Source: Clostridia bacterium
Lineage (GTDB): Bacteria; Bacillota; Clostridia; Oscillospirales; CAG-272
Direction of reading: 5' to 3'
DNA: 64,000 bases
Assembly: GCA_017463485.1 (NCBI GenBank)
Contig: JAFTPD010000002.1
Coordinates: forward strand, 193,870-257,869
The position numbers and the translations under genes are program-made. How positions within the stretch are numbered: the first letter of the stretch is position 1; each line of letters opens with the position of its first letter. A model generated the notes under the pieces. It searched no databases and was not told the origin of the DNA. It saw only the letters and a program-made list of their open reading frames with translations. Shown one piece after another: positions 24,837-34,006 of the stretch.

Positions 24837-26225
24837 ATGAAGGGTTTAAAAACGTTTTTCGTATGTACCGAGTGCGGCGCGCGCTCGCCGAAGTGGATGG
24901 GTAAATGCCCTCACTGCGGAAAGTGGAATACTCTCGTTGAAGAGGTCGAAGCTGAGGAGGAAGCTCCCTCCTCCCGTAAACGCGCTCATATTTCGCTCAG
25001 TGGCGCGAGTGATGCCCACGCCACACATTTTACCGAGCTTACAGTTCCCGACTATATGCGCTCTGCAACAGGACTTGACGAGCTTGACCGTGTGCTTGGC
25101 GGCGGACTTGTCCTTGGCTCTGTCGTTCTTCTTTCGGGTGAGCCGGGAATCGGTAAATCCACCCTGCTTATGCAAATATCAGACGCTCTCGGTGCTGACC
25201 GCCGCGTGCTTTACGTGTCGGGTGAAGAATCGGGCGGACAGCTCAAACTCCGAGCCGAGCGGCTTGGCGTTTCGGGTAATCAGCTTTATATACTTACCGA
25301 AACTAATATTGAAAATATCCTTGCCGAGATCAACTCAACAAAGCCCGAGGTTGTGATAATCGACTCGATACAGACCATTTACTCGGATAGGATAAACTCT
25401 GCTCCCAGCAGTGTCACACAGGTACGCGAATGTGCTTTGACCTTCATAAATAAAGCAAAATCCGAGGGAATCTCCATGATCCTCGTAGGTCACGTTAACA
25501 AAGAGGGCGGAATCGCAGGACCGAAGGTACTGGAGCACATGGTGGACGCGGTGCTTTATTTTGAGGGCGAGCGTCAACAGGCGTATCGCATTATCCGCGC
25601 GGTCAAAAATCGATACGGTTCTACCAACGAGATCGGCGTATTTGAAATGACGGACAAGGGGCTTGACGAAGTCCCAAATCCGTCCGAAATGCTGCTTTCG
25701 GGACGTCCGAAAAACATTTCGGGCAACTGCGCGCTTTGCACTATGGAGGGCACGCGCCCGATCCTTGCGGAGGTGCAGGCGCTTGTTACGCCTACTGTAT
25801 TTCCCGCCCCAAGACGTAACGGTAACGGTGTGGATTACAATCGCGTTTGCCTTATCCTCGCAGTTCTTGAAAAGCGATTGGGACTTAAATTCTATCAGAA
25901 CGACGTCTATCTCAATGTCGTCGGAGGACTCAATATTGACGAGCCTGCCGCCGATCTTGCAATTGCAACCGCGCTCATTTCTTCCTTGACGGACAAAATA
26001 ATTCCCGACGACCTGATTATTATCGGAGAGCTTGGGCTTGCGGGCGAGTGCCGCGCAGTATCAAATCCCGAGCTACGTGTGCGTGAGGCGGCACGACTTG
26101 GATTTACAAAGGCTATAATTCCCTTCAAAAATACCGAAAAGCGCCCGATTAAAGTAGACGGAATGAAGATAATTCCCGTAAGAGGTATCTACGAGGTCAT
26201 AAACCATCTCAAAACAATTGAATAA
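24837..26225 (+). CDS. radA: DNA repair protein RadA/Sms
   Basis: N-terminal zinc ribbon CTECGARSPKWMGKCPHCGKW, Walker A GEPGIGKST, the KNRYG motif and a Lon-like C-terminal domain. Confidence 0.95.
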   Translation: MKGLKTFFVCTECGARSPKWMGKCPHCGKWNTLVEEVEAEEEAPSSRKRAHISLSGASDAHATHFTELTVPDYMRSATGLDELDRVLGGGLVLGSVVLLSGEPGIGKSTLLMQISDALGADRRVLYVSGEESGGQLKLRAERLGVSGNQLYILTETNIENILAEINSTKPEVVIIDSIQTIYSDRINSAPSSVTQVRECALTFINKAKSEGISMILVGHVNKEGGIAGPKVLEHMVDAVLYFEGERQQAYRIIRAVKNRYGSTNEIGVFEMTDKGLDEVPNPSEMLLSGRPKNISGNCALCTMEGTRPILAEVQALVTPTVFPAPRRNGNGVDYNRVCLILAVLEKRLGLKFYQNDVYLNVVGGLNIDEPAADLAIATALISSLTDKIIPDDLIIIGELGLAGECRAVSNPELRVREAARLGFTKAIIPFKNTEKRPIKVDGMKIIPVRGIYEVINHLKTIE

Positions 26226-26228
26226 ACC

Positions 26229-26256
26229 AAAGGCTGTTGCATTTGCAACAGCCTTT
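26229..26256. terminator. Bidirectional terminator hairpin between radA and malQ
   Basis: Near-perfect palindrome aaaggctgttgca/tgcaacagccttt. Confidence 0.65.
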
Positions 26257-26260
26257 ACTA

Positions 26261-27724
26261 TTATGATCTTCCGTAGATATAATTGTAATGCTTGAATTTT
26301 GCTTTGTCGATCTCCTCAAGCTGGAGCTTGGTAAGTCTGTATTCCCAGTTGCCGCTGGCAGTTCCGGGTGTGTTCATTCGGGTGTCAGCTCCGTACAAAA
26401 GCAGGTCTTGAATGGGCAGGATAACAATTCCCGCGTGACTGCGAAGCATGGTCTGTATCAAAACCTCATAGCTTTCTCTGCTGTTCCAATCCTGACCTCT
26501 GTAACCGCAGTATTCAAGCATTTCGCGACGTTGTCCCTCGCTCATTTCCCACACACTGCCAAGCAAGGTGTTATTGTCGTGAGTTCCCGTGTAAGCTACG
26601 CAATTTGCGTTGTAGTTGTGAGGTAAATGAGGAGTTTCACGGTCGCCGAGAAAGGCAAACTGAAATACTCTCATGCCGGGGAAGCCACTGTCGTCAACCA
26701 GCTTTTTGACGGCGGGAGTTATCTCGCCAAGATCTTCTGCGATAATTAGATTTTCGCCGCCGCGGGAACGTGCAACATCCTTGATAGTATTTACAAAATC
26801 AAGGCCGGGACCCTCTAACCATTTGCCCTCGCGTGCGGTTTTCGCATCTGCAGGAATTGACCAATAGGACTCAAGTCCGCGGAAATGGTCGATACGCACA
26901 CCGTCAAACATATCAAGCATGTGATCAATTCTGTCGCACCACCAGCGGTATCCGTTATCTTTCATGTTATTCCAATTATAAAGCGGATTTCCCCAAAGCT
27001 GACCGTCCTCGGCGAAGTAATCGGGCGGACAGCCCGCAACGCTGTTCATATTGCCCTCGTCGTCAAGGTCAAAAATTCCGCTCTTGAGATTTGCCCAGAC
27101 GTCAGCTGAGTCGTAGGAAACGTAAATCGGTATGTCGCCGATTATTTTAATTCCCTTGGAATTCGCATATCCGCGCACCTTTTTCCATTGTGCAAAGAAA
27201 TGATACTGAATGAACTGCCATGCAAAAAGCTCATCACCATCAACGGTATCCGTCGTCCAGTCACGCCACGGTTTATTGTCGTTTGCCGCACGGCGTGCCA
27301 TAAATTCGCAGAACTCCGCGATATATTTGTCGTTTGAAATAAAGTTGAGTATCTCACGCCGCTCGCTGTCGGAGGCGCGCTTTGATGCTGTGCGCAACAG
27401 CTCCATACGCGTGTTTCCAAGCTTTGCGTACTCGCAAACATAAGGCGTGTCCTGTCTTGCCGATTTTAACTCCTCAGTGGTAAGATGTCCGCTGTCGGCA
27501 AGCTGGCGCAGATCCACGAAATACGGATTGCCGCCAAATGCCGAGTAGGATTTGTAAGGCGAATTACATTCATCCGCCATGCAAAGGGGCAATATCTGCC
27601 AATAGGCAAAGCCGCTGTCGGCAAGAAAATCTACAAATTCGAGTGCTTCCTTACCAAAACAGCCTATCGAATCGCTTCCCCACAAGGAGGAAATGTGCAT
27701 AAGAACTCCACTTGCTCTTTTCAT
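26261..27724 (-). CDS. malQ: 4-alpha-glucanotransferase (amylomaltase, GH77)
   Basis: 487 aa, MKRASGVLMHISSLWG...VRIDHFRGL...GDLPIYV-like IGDIPIYVSYDSADVW... Confidence 0.9.
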   Translation of the reverse strand: MKRASGVLMHISSLWGSDSIGCFGKEALEFVDFLADSGFAYWQILPLCMADECNSPYKSYSAFGGNPYFVDLRQLADSGHLTTEELKSARQDTPYVCEYAKLGNTRMELLRTASKRASDSERREILNFISNDKYIAEFCEFMARRAANDNKPWRDWTTDTVDGDELFAWQFIQYHFFAQWKKVRGYANSKGIKIIGDIPIYVSYDSADVWANLKSGIFDLDDEGNMNSVAGCPPDYFAEDGQLWGNPLYNWNNMKDNGYRWWCDRIDHMLDMFDGVRIDHFRGLESYWSIPADAKTAREGKWLEGPGLDFVNTIKDVARSRGGENLIIAEDLGEITPAVKKLVDDSGFPGMRVFQFAFLGDRETPHLPHNYNANCVAYTGTHDNNTLLGSVWEMSEGQRREMLEYCGYRGQDWNSRESYEVLIQTMLRSHAGIVILPIQDLLLYGADTRMNTPGTASGNWEYRLTKLQLEEIDKAKFKHYNYIYGRS

Positions 27725-27749
27725 AAAAACTCCGTATCTGTATTAAAAA

Positions 27750-30323
27750 TCAGTGTGCCTCAAACCAGTTTTCACCGATATGGGCTTCAACATCCAGAGG
27801 AACGTTGCATTTGACGGCACTCTCCATTTCGCTTTTGAGAATAGCCAAAGCCGAGTCTGCAGCCTCGCGGTCGGCCTCGATTATCAGCTCGTCGTGTACT
27901 TGAAGAATCAGCTTTGCCTTAATACCGCTGTCCTTCAGCTTTTTGTGAATGCGAATCATTGCGATCTTCATAATATCCGCCGCAGTTCCCTGAATGGGGC
28001 TGTTCATTGCCACACGCTCGCCGAATTTTTGAAGCATTTTCTTGGAATTTGAAAGCTCGGGGATATATCTGCGTCGGCCAAGCAAGGTAGTAACGTAACC
28101 GTGGTCGTAGGCACTCTTGATTATATCCTTCAAGTATTTGTCGATATCGGGATAGCTTCCGAGATATCTCGCAATGTACGCCTTCGCCTCGGCGACGGGG
28201 ATGTGCAGATCCTGGGAGAGCGAATACTCGCCCATGCCGTACATTATTCCGAAGTTGACAGCCTTGGCGCGCTTACGCAGTTCAATGGTAACGTCGTCCT
28301 TATCTACTCCGAATACGCGCATGGCGGTGGAGGTGTGAATATCCGTTCCGGACACAAACGCCTCACGCATAGCGTTATCGCCCGCGATCTCGGCAAGCAG
28401 ACGAAGCTCAATTTGCGAATAGTCGGCGTCGATAAGCACCTTTGATGAATCGGACGGAATGAAAAATTTGCGCATCTGGCGGCCAAGCTCGGTACGAATC
28501 GGAATATTTTGCAGATTTGGCTCGGCGGAGGAAAGTCTGCCCGTAGCCGTACCCGTTTGCTTGAAGGTGGTGTGAATTCTTCCGTTTTCATCCGCGACCT
28601 TCAAAAGTCCGTCAACGTAAGTGCTTTTAAGCTTTGTAAGCTGTCTGTAATCAAGAATATCTTCAATTATCGGGTGATACTTGCGCAGTCTTTCAAGGAC
28701 GTCGGCACTTGTGGAGTATCCCGTCTTGGTCTTTTTGTCGGCAGGCAGCATCATCTCGTCGAAAAGCACCTCACCGAGCTGCTTGGGCGAGTTGATATTG
28801 AATTCGCGGCCTGCATACGTGTATATTCTCTCCTCAAGCTGACCTGCAACCTCGTCAAGATAAATGCCGTATTCGTAAATCTTTGACCGATCTATCTTAA
28901 AGCCCTCAAGCTCCATGTCTGCAAGTACGGCAGAAAGCGGCATTTCAATATCCAAGAAAATGTGGCTCTGTTGTGTTTCCTCCAGCTTAATATTCATTAT
29001 CTCCCACATACGGAAAACGTATACGGCAAGAGAAATATTTTCGCTTTGAGTTTCTTTAAGATAAGAGATTATAAGTCTGTCGGGAGTGTAATTGTCCATC
29101 CCTGAATTGATAACGTAAGCCGCAAGCATAACGTCGGCGTGAAATTCAAATCCGCTTATACCGTAAGACACAAGCAGCTTGTAAAGACTTTTAGCGTCAT
29201 AGCACAGAGTCATGACGCCATCGCGGCGCAGAAATTGCGCAAGCGTCGCACTGTTATCGTAAGTGTAATCATACAAACACTCGCCGTTGAATATCAAAAC
29301 GTGCAAATGACCGTCGCACTCTTTTGCATCAACGGAATACATGCCGTCGGTAAGCTTTATAAGATCATCAGAGCCGATATCTCCGGCTACACTGCAAGTG
29401 CAGGTGTTGTCGGATGCTTTCTCGGTTACGGTTGAAATTTCGGTAGCTTCTGCTATATCCTCAAGTCCAAAGCGCTTGATAAATCCCGAAAATTCGTATT
29501 TCAAAAACAGACGGCGCAGCTCGCCTTTGTCAGCACCGGCAAAAGCTATATCGGACAAGGATCTTTCAAGAGGCACTTCCCTGTATATGCGTGCAAGCGT
29601 TTGTGATGTGTACGCGCTTGCACGTCCTCCCTCCAGCTTTGCACGAAGTGACGGCGTATGCTTGGCGGTGGGAAGCGCATCATATATGCCGTCGAGCGAG
29701 CCGTATTCGGAAATAAGCTTCAACGCCGTTTTTTCACCAATACCGCTGACACCCGGAATGTTGTCTGAACTGTCCCCCATCAGTGCCTTTACGTCAACGA
29801 AGGAGGATGACGGAACTCCGTATTTTTCAAGGAAAGCCGCCTCGTCCATATCTAAAGTATCGTTGTTTGTTGCCAAAAGCACGTGAACGCGCGGACTGAT
29901 GAGCTGGAGAGCGTCCTTATCTCCCGTAAGGATATAAGCCACGCATTCATCCTCGGACTCCTCTGCCATACGCGCAAGTGTTCCGAGAATATCGTCAGCC
30001 TCGTACCCTTCAAGCGAGAGTGTGTGCAATCCCATAGCCTTTGCCAATATTTTGGACTCGGGCATCTGTGCCGCGAGCTCGTCAGGCATAGCGTGGCGTC
30101 CTGCCTTGTATTCGGAATACATTTTATGTCTGAACGTAGGTGCTTTTAAGTCAAAAGCTACCGCGGCATAGTCCGGCTTTACGTTTTCAATCTGTCGATT
30201 TATAATATTTACGAATCCGTAGAGCGCGTTTGTGGGGAATCCGTCCTTTGTGGTAAGCGGACGAACGCCGTAAAACGAGCGGTTTATAATACTGTTTCCG
30301 TCAATGCAAAGCAGTTTTTTCAT
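27750..30323 (-). CDS. polA: DNA polymerase I
   Basis: 857 aa with a 5' nuclease domain (MKKLLCIDGNSIINRSFYG...) and family A polymerase motifs (...DYSQIELRLLAE..., ...QVHDELI...). Confidence 0.95.
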   Translation of the reverse strand: MKKLLCIDGNSIINRSFYGVRPLTTKDGFPTNALYGFVNIINRQIENVKPDYAAVAFDLKAPTFRHKMYSEYKAGRHAMPDELAAQMPESKILAKAMGLHTLSLEGYEADDILGTLARMAEESEDECVAYILTGDKDALQLISPRVHVLLATNNDTLDMDEAAFLEKYGVPSSSFVDVKALMGDSSDNIPGVSGIGEKTALKLISEYGSLDGIYDALPTAKHTPSLRAKLEGGRASAYTSQTLARIYREVPLERSLSDIAFAGADKGELRRLFLKYEFSGFIKRFGLEDIAEATEISTVTEKASDNTCTCSVAGDIGSDDLIKLTDGMYSVDAKECDGHLHVLIFNGECLYDYTYDNSATLAQFLRRDGVMTLCYDAKSLYKLLVSYGISGFEFHADVMLAAYVINSGMDNYTPDRLIISYLKETQSENISLAVYVFRMWEIMNIKLEETQQSHIFLDIEMPLSAVLADMELEGFKIDRSKIYEYGIYLDEVAGQLEERIYTYAGREFNINSPKQLGEVLFDEMMLPADKKTKTGYSTSADVLERLRKYHPIIEDILDYRQLTKLKSTYVDGLLKVADENGRIHTTFKQTGTATGRLSSAEPNLQNIPIRTELGRQMRKFFIPSDSSKVLIDADYSQIELRLLAEIAGDNAMREAFVSGTDIHTSTAMRVFGVDKDDVTIELRKRAKAVNFGIMYGMGEYSLSQDLHIPVAEAKAYIARYLGSYPDIDKYLKDIIKSAYDHGYVTTLLGRRRYIPELSNSKKMLQKFGERVAMNSPIQGTAADIMKIAMIRIHKKLKDSGIKAKLILQVHDELIIEADREAADSALAILKSEMESAVKCNVPLDVEAHIGENWFEAH

Positions 30324-30363
30324 ATAACATCCTTTCGGCAGTCAGTGAAATTTACATAAGAAT

Positions 30364-30393
30364 AGTATACCACGAAAAGACGCATTTTGTCAA
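30364..30393 (-). promoter_or_regulatory. Sigma-A-type promoter of polA
   Basis: On the minus strand: TTGACA (30388-30393), 18-nt spacer, TATACT (30364-30369). Confidence 0.55.
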
Positions 30394-30413
30394 CCGAAAA
30401 AGGAAATTTGTAC

Positions 30414-30450
30414 TATAAAAACAATAGCGGCGCGGATTTATCCGCGCCGC
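30414..30450 (-). terminator. Rho-independent terminator of gdhA
   Basis: Arms gcggcgcgg (30427-30435) and ccgcgccgc (30442-30450). On the minus strand they are followed by uauuguuuuua. Confidence 0.75.
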
Positions 30451-30466
30451 TTGAAAAAATATCGGA

Positions 30467-31810
30467 TCAAACGATTCCCTGAGCCTTCATGGCCTGTGCA
30501 ACCTTTTCAAATCCGGCGATATTAGCGCCTGCAACAAGGTCGCCGTCAAAGCCGTACTTCTTAGCTGCTTCGTAGGAATTCTTGAAGATGTTGGTCATGA
30601 TCTGCTTGAGCTTTGCATCAACCTCTTCCGCAGTCCAGGAGTAACGCATGGAGTTCTGGCTCATTTCGAGTCCGGAAACTGCTACGCCGCCGGCGTTAAC
30701 TGCCTTTGAGGGAGCGACAATAACGCCGTTAGCCTTGAGGTAAGCCATAGCCTCGTTTGTCGTAGGCATGTTGGAAACCTCAACGTAGTACTTGATACCG
30801 TTAGCAACGATCATTTCAGCCTCAGCCATGCCGACTTCGTTCTGAGTAGCGCAAGGCATCAGGATATCAGCCTTGACGCCCCAAGGCTTTTGACCTGCAA
30901 AGTACTGAACGCCGAACTTATCAGCGTAGTCCTTAACTTTATCTCTGCCGGATGCACGCATTTCAAGCATGAACTTGATCTTTTCATCAGTGCAGATACC
31001 GTCGGGATCGTAAACGTAACCGTCGGGACCGGAAATAGTAACGACCTTACCGCCAAGCTCGGTCGCCTTCTTTACAGTACCCCAAGCAACGTTGCCAAAG
31101 CCTGAGATAGCAAAGGTCTTGCCCTTGATACTGTCGCCGAAGGATTTGAGCATCTCGTCGGTGTAATAGACCGCGCCAAAGCCTGTTGCCTCGGGACGGA
31201 TAAGCGAGCCGCCGAAGGAAAGACCCTTACCGGTGAGAACACCCTCGTAGCGGTTTACAAGACGCTTGTATTGACCGTACAGATAGCCTACCTCTCTTGC
31301 ACCTACGCCAATGTCACCTGCGGGAACGTCGGTGTCAGGACCGATATGACGGTAAAGCTCGGTCATAAAGCTCTGGCAGAATGCCATGATCTCTCTGTCG
31401 GACTTGCCTCTGGGATCAAAGTCGGAGCCGCCCTTGCCTCCGCCCATGGGAAGACCCGTCAGCGAGTTCTTAAAGGTCTGCTCAAAGCCGAGGAACTTGA
31501 TGATGCTCAAGTTTACGGAAGGATGGAAACGCAGACCGCCCTTGTAAGGACCGATCGCGCTGTTGAACTGTACTCTGTAACCGTTATTTACCTGAACTTG
31601 ACCGTTATCGTCAACCCACGGAACGCGGAAAATTACCTGACGCTCAGGGGTGGTGAGTCGCTCAAGCAGTGCCTCGCGACGGTATTCAGCCTCATTCGCT
31701 TCGATAACGGGACGGAGGGATTCGAGAACCTCCTCAACGGTCTGGTGAAATTCAGCTTGGTCGGGGTTTTGCTTTTTTACCCGTTCAATGGCCTCATCAA
31801 CGTAAGACAT
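30467..31810 (-). CDS. gdhA: Glutamate dehydrogenase (NADP-type hexameric family)
   Basis: ORF 30467-31867. The ATG at 31810 follows aaggaga. ...LPMGGGKGGSDFDPRGKS... Confidence 0.93.
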   Translation of the reverse strand: MSYVDEAIERVKKQNPDQAEFHQTVEEVLESLRPVIEANEAEYRREALLERLTTPERQVIFRVPWVDDNGQVQVNNGYRVQFNSAIGPYKGGLRFHPSVNLSIIKFLGFEQTFKNSLTGLPMGGGKGGSDFDPRGKSDREIMAFCQSFMTELYRHIGPDTDVPAGDIGVGAREVGYLYGQYKRLVNRYEGVLTGKGLSFGGSLIRPEATGFGAVYYTDEMLKSFGDSIKGKTFAISGFGNVAWGTVKKATELGGKVVTISGPDGYVYDPDGICTDEKIKFMLEMRASGRDKVKDYADKFGVQYFAGQKPWGVKADILMPCATQNEVGMAEAEMIVANGIKYYVEVSNMPTTNEAMAYLKANGVIVAPSKAVNAGGVAVSGLEMSQNSMRYSWTAEEVDAKLKQIMTNIFKNSYEAAKKYGFDGDLVAGANIAGFEKVAQAMKAQGIV

Positions 31811-31895
31811 AGGTTTATCTCCTTTATGTAAAAAACTTACCGACTTTGGTCGGCGGCGACGGCGCATACTTGGCGTCGGTCGCTGTATGCAGTAT

Positions 31896-31924
31896 ATTAT
31901 ACACTATTCCTTTTTGTTTTGCAA
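31896..31924 (-). promoter_or_regulatory. Sigma-A-type promoter of gdhA
   Basis: On the minus strand: TTGCAA (31919-31924), 17-nt spacer, TATAAT (31896-31901). Phased A-tracts lie just upstream. Confidence 0.6.
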
Positions 31925-32119
31925 GAGTTTTTTTGAAATTTTTGCAAGTTTTTTGATAAAAAATCTCAAATATTCTGTTTTTGAAGCGAAAAAACGCCGT
32001 TAGACCTCTGAAAAAGCCGTTTTGAGTGAAATTCGCAGAAGGAAATCCGCCAAAATTACTCCGTTGCGTTACAACGCTAAAAAAATCCCCATCATTTCCG
32101 ATAAATTTGCAAAAAACAC

Positions 32120-32148
32120 TTTACCAACAGAAGTTTTTGTGTTATAAT
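32120..32148 (+). promoter_or_regulatory. Promoter of the shikimate (aro) operon with extended -10
   Basis: tttacc (32120-32125), 17-nt spacer, TGtTATAAT (32140-32148). Confidence 0.5.
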
Positions 32149-32184
32149 ATAAAATGAATAATTTTTTGAAAGGCGTAAATTAAA

Positions 32185-33279
32185 ATGAATGATCCTTGTA
32201 CTGCTCTTGCTCCCGCGATCACGGTAAGCCTGCCGTCCGCTACGGCGAGAAGCTATGATATTTACATAAATAACGGTATACTTCCCAAAACGGGAGAGCT
32301 GGTTCGTTCCGTTTTACCGTCAAAAAAAGCGTATATTTTAAGTGACGACACGGTATTCGGTCTTTACGGCGAAACTGTACGCAATTCTCTTGCGGCGTCG
32401 GGCTTTGAGGTATATGAATTTGTCATTCCTCATGGCGAGGCGTCAAAATCTGCCGAAAATCTCGTCCTTTTTCTGAATAAAATGGCTCATGACCGCATCA
32501 CGCGCTCGGATTGCGTTGTCGCACTCGGAGGCGGTGTGGTCGGTGACCTTGCTGGATTTGCGGCGGCTATATATCTGCGCGGTATTCCCTTCGTTCAAGT
32601 CCCCACTACTCTGCTTGCCATGGTGGATTCGTCTGTTGGAGGCAAGACCGCCGTTGACCTTGACGAGGGGAAAAATCTTGCAGGCGCTTTTTGGCAGCCG
32701 ACTCTCGTTATCTGCGACCCCGACGTGCTTACTACTCTCCCCGCTGATACCTTTGCCGACGGATGCGCCGAGGTCATCAAATATTCAATGATCAGTGACC
32801 GCGCGCTTTTTGACAAGCTTCACTCTCCTATCGCTCCGCAGTTGAACGATATTATCCGTATGTGTATTACGGACAAGCAAGCCCTGGTTGAAGCGGATGA
32901 AACCGACAAGGGTGTGCGTCAGCTTCTTAATCTCGGTCACACCGTTGGACATGCTATCGAGGCTTGCTCTGACTATGAAATATCACACGGAAGCGCAGTA
33001 GCCATGGGTATGGTGATAATCACACGCGCGGCTGAAAAAAAGAATATATGCCCCGTGGGCACACTGGATGCAGTTGTTAACTTGCTTGAAGCTTACAAGC
33101 TCCCCACAAAATGCAACTTTTCCGCTGATGCACTTTTTGCTGTTGCGACGGCTGATAAGAAGCGTGACGGCGATCATATCAATCTCGTGGTTCCCTACGG
33201 TATTGCGGACTCGCGGCTTTTGAGAGTTCCTGCAACCGAGGTGCTTGAATTTATAAAGCTGGGACTTGGTGAGGTCTGA
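32185..33279 (+). CDS. aroB: 3-dehydroquinate synthase
   Basis: 364 aa, ...VALGGGVVGDLAGFAAAIYLRGIPFVQVPTTLLAMVDSSVGGKTAV... Confidence 0.93.
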   Translation: MNDPCTALAPAITVSLPSATARSYDIYINNGILPKTGELVRSVLPSKKAYILSDDTVFGLYGETVRNSLAASGFEVYEFVIPHGEASKSAENLVLFLNKMAHDRITRSDCVVALGGGVVGDLAGFAAAIYLRGIPFVQVPTTLLAMVDSSVGGKTAVDLDEGKNLAGAFWQPTLVICDPDVLTTLPADTFADGCAEVIKYSMISDRALFDKLHSPIAPQLNDIIRMCITDKQALVEADETDKGVRQLLNLGHTVGHAIEACSDYEISHGSAVAMGMVIITRAAEKKNICPVGTLDAVVNLLEAYKLPTKCNFSADALFAVATADKKRDGDHINLVVPYGIADSRLLRVPATEVLEFIKLGLGEV

Positions 33280-33989
33280 TGAGATACTTTGAACATTTGA
33301 CACCCGCCAACCGCTGGGACGTCTGCGCAGACCTTCCCGTGGAATTTCTGACGGCGGCGCGTATTATTTCGGAATACGTTGCCGAGGGTGATAAGCTCCT
33401 TGACCTGGGCGGTGACGTTGGCAGATTTGCTATGTACTTTTCGGATATGGGTTGCAACGTAACGCTTGCCGACGGCTCTGTCTCTGCAACCGAATTTGCA
33501 AAATTCAAGGCATCTTCGACCTCAACGAAGATTTCCGTAATCACGGGCGATATCCGCGACGTGGACGGTAGTTTTAATACAGTTATCGCGCGCTTTTATG
33601 ACGGCGATCTTTCCTCGCTTTTGATTTCTATCCGTGAAAAGCTGGAATCAGATGGCACGCTGGCGCTGTGGGCAATGGCTCCTGCTTACGATATGCAAAA
33701 GTTGCTGGATGTATGCCCAAAAGACTTGCCGACTGAGCTTATTCCGTCCGATACCTCGGCTCTGTTTGTCGACAGTAAAGCTGTTACGGATATCTTGACC
33801 GAAAACGGCTTTGCCGTTATGAGAAAATTCTCACCCTTCGGTGCTTTAGCTCATGCTGACAGAGCTTTGATAAATTGCTCTGACGACGCATTTGTAAAAC
33901 TTATGGACTTGTCAACGGCGGCGTGTGAAAGTCCGCAGATAATCCAAGCATCCTCTTGCGTTGTGTTTATCTGTCGCAAGCAAAACTAA
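33279..33989 (+). CDS. Uncharacterised protein with a degenerate class I SAM-methyltransferase-like fold
   Basis: 236 aa. The ATG overlaps the aroB TGA (TGATG). LLDLGGDVGRFA sits in the position of SAM motif I, and VTLADGS is motif II-like. Confidence 0.6.
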   Translation: MRYFEHLTPANRWDVCADLPVEFLTAARIISEYVAEGDKLLDLGGDVGRFAMYFSDMGCNVTLADGSVSATEFAKFKASSTSTKISVITGDIRDVDGSFNTVIARFYDGDLSSLLISIREKLESDGTLALWAMAPAYDMQKLLDVCPKDLPTELIPSDTSALFVDSKAVTDILTENGFAVMRKFSPFGALAHADRALINCSDDAFVKLMDLSTAACESPQIIQASSCVVFICRKQN

Positions 33990-34006
33990 TTCTAAAAGGA
34001 ACAGCT

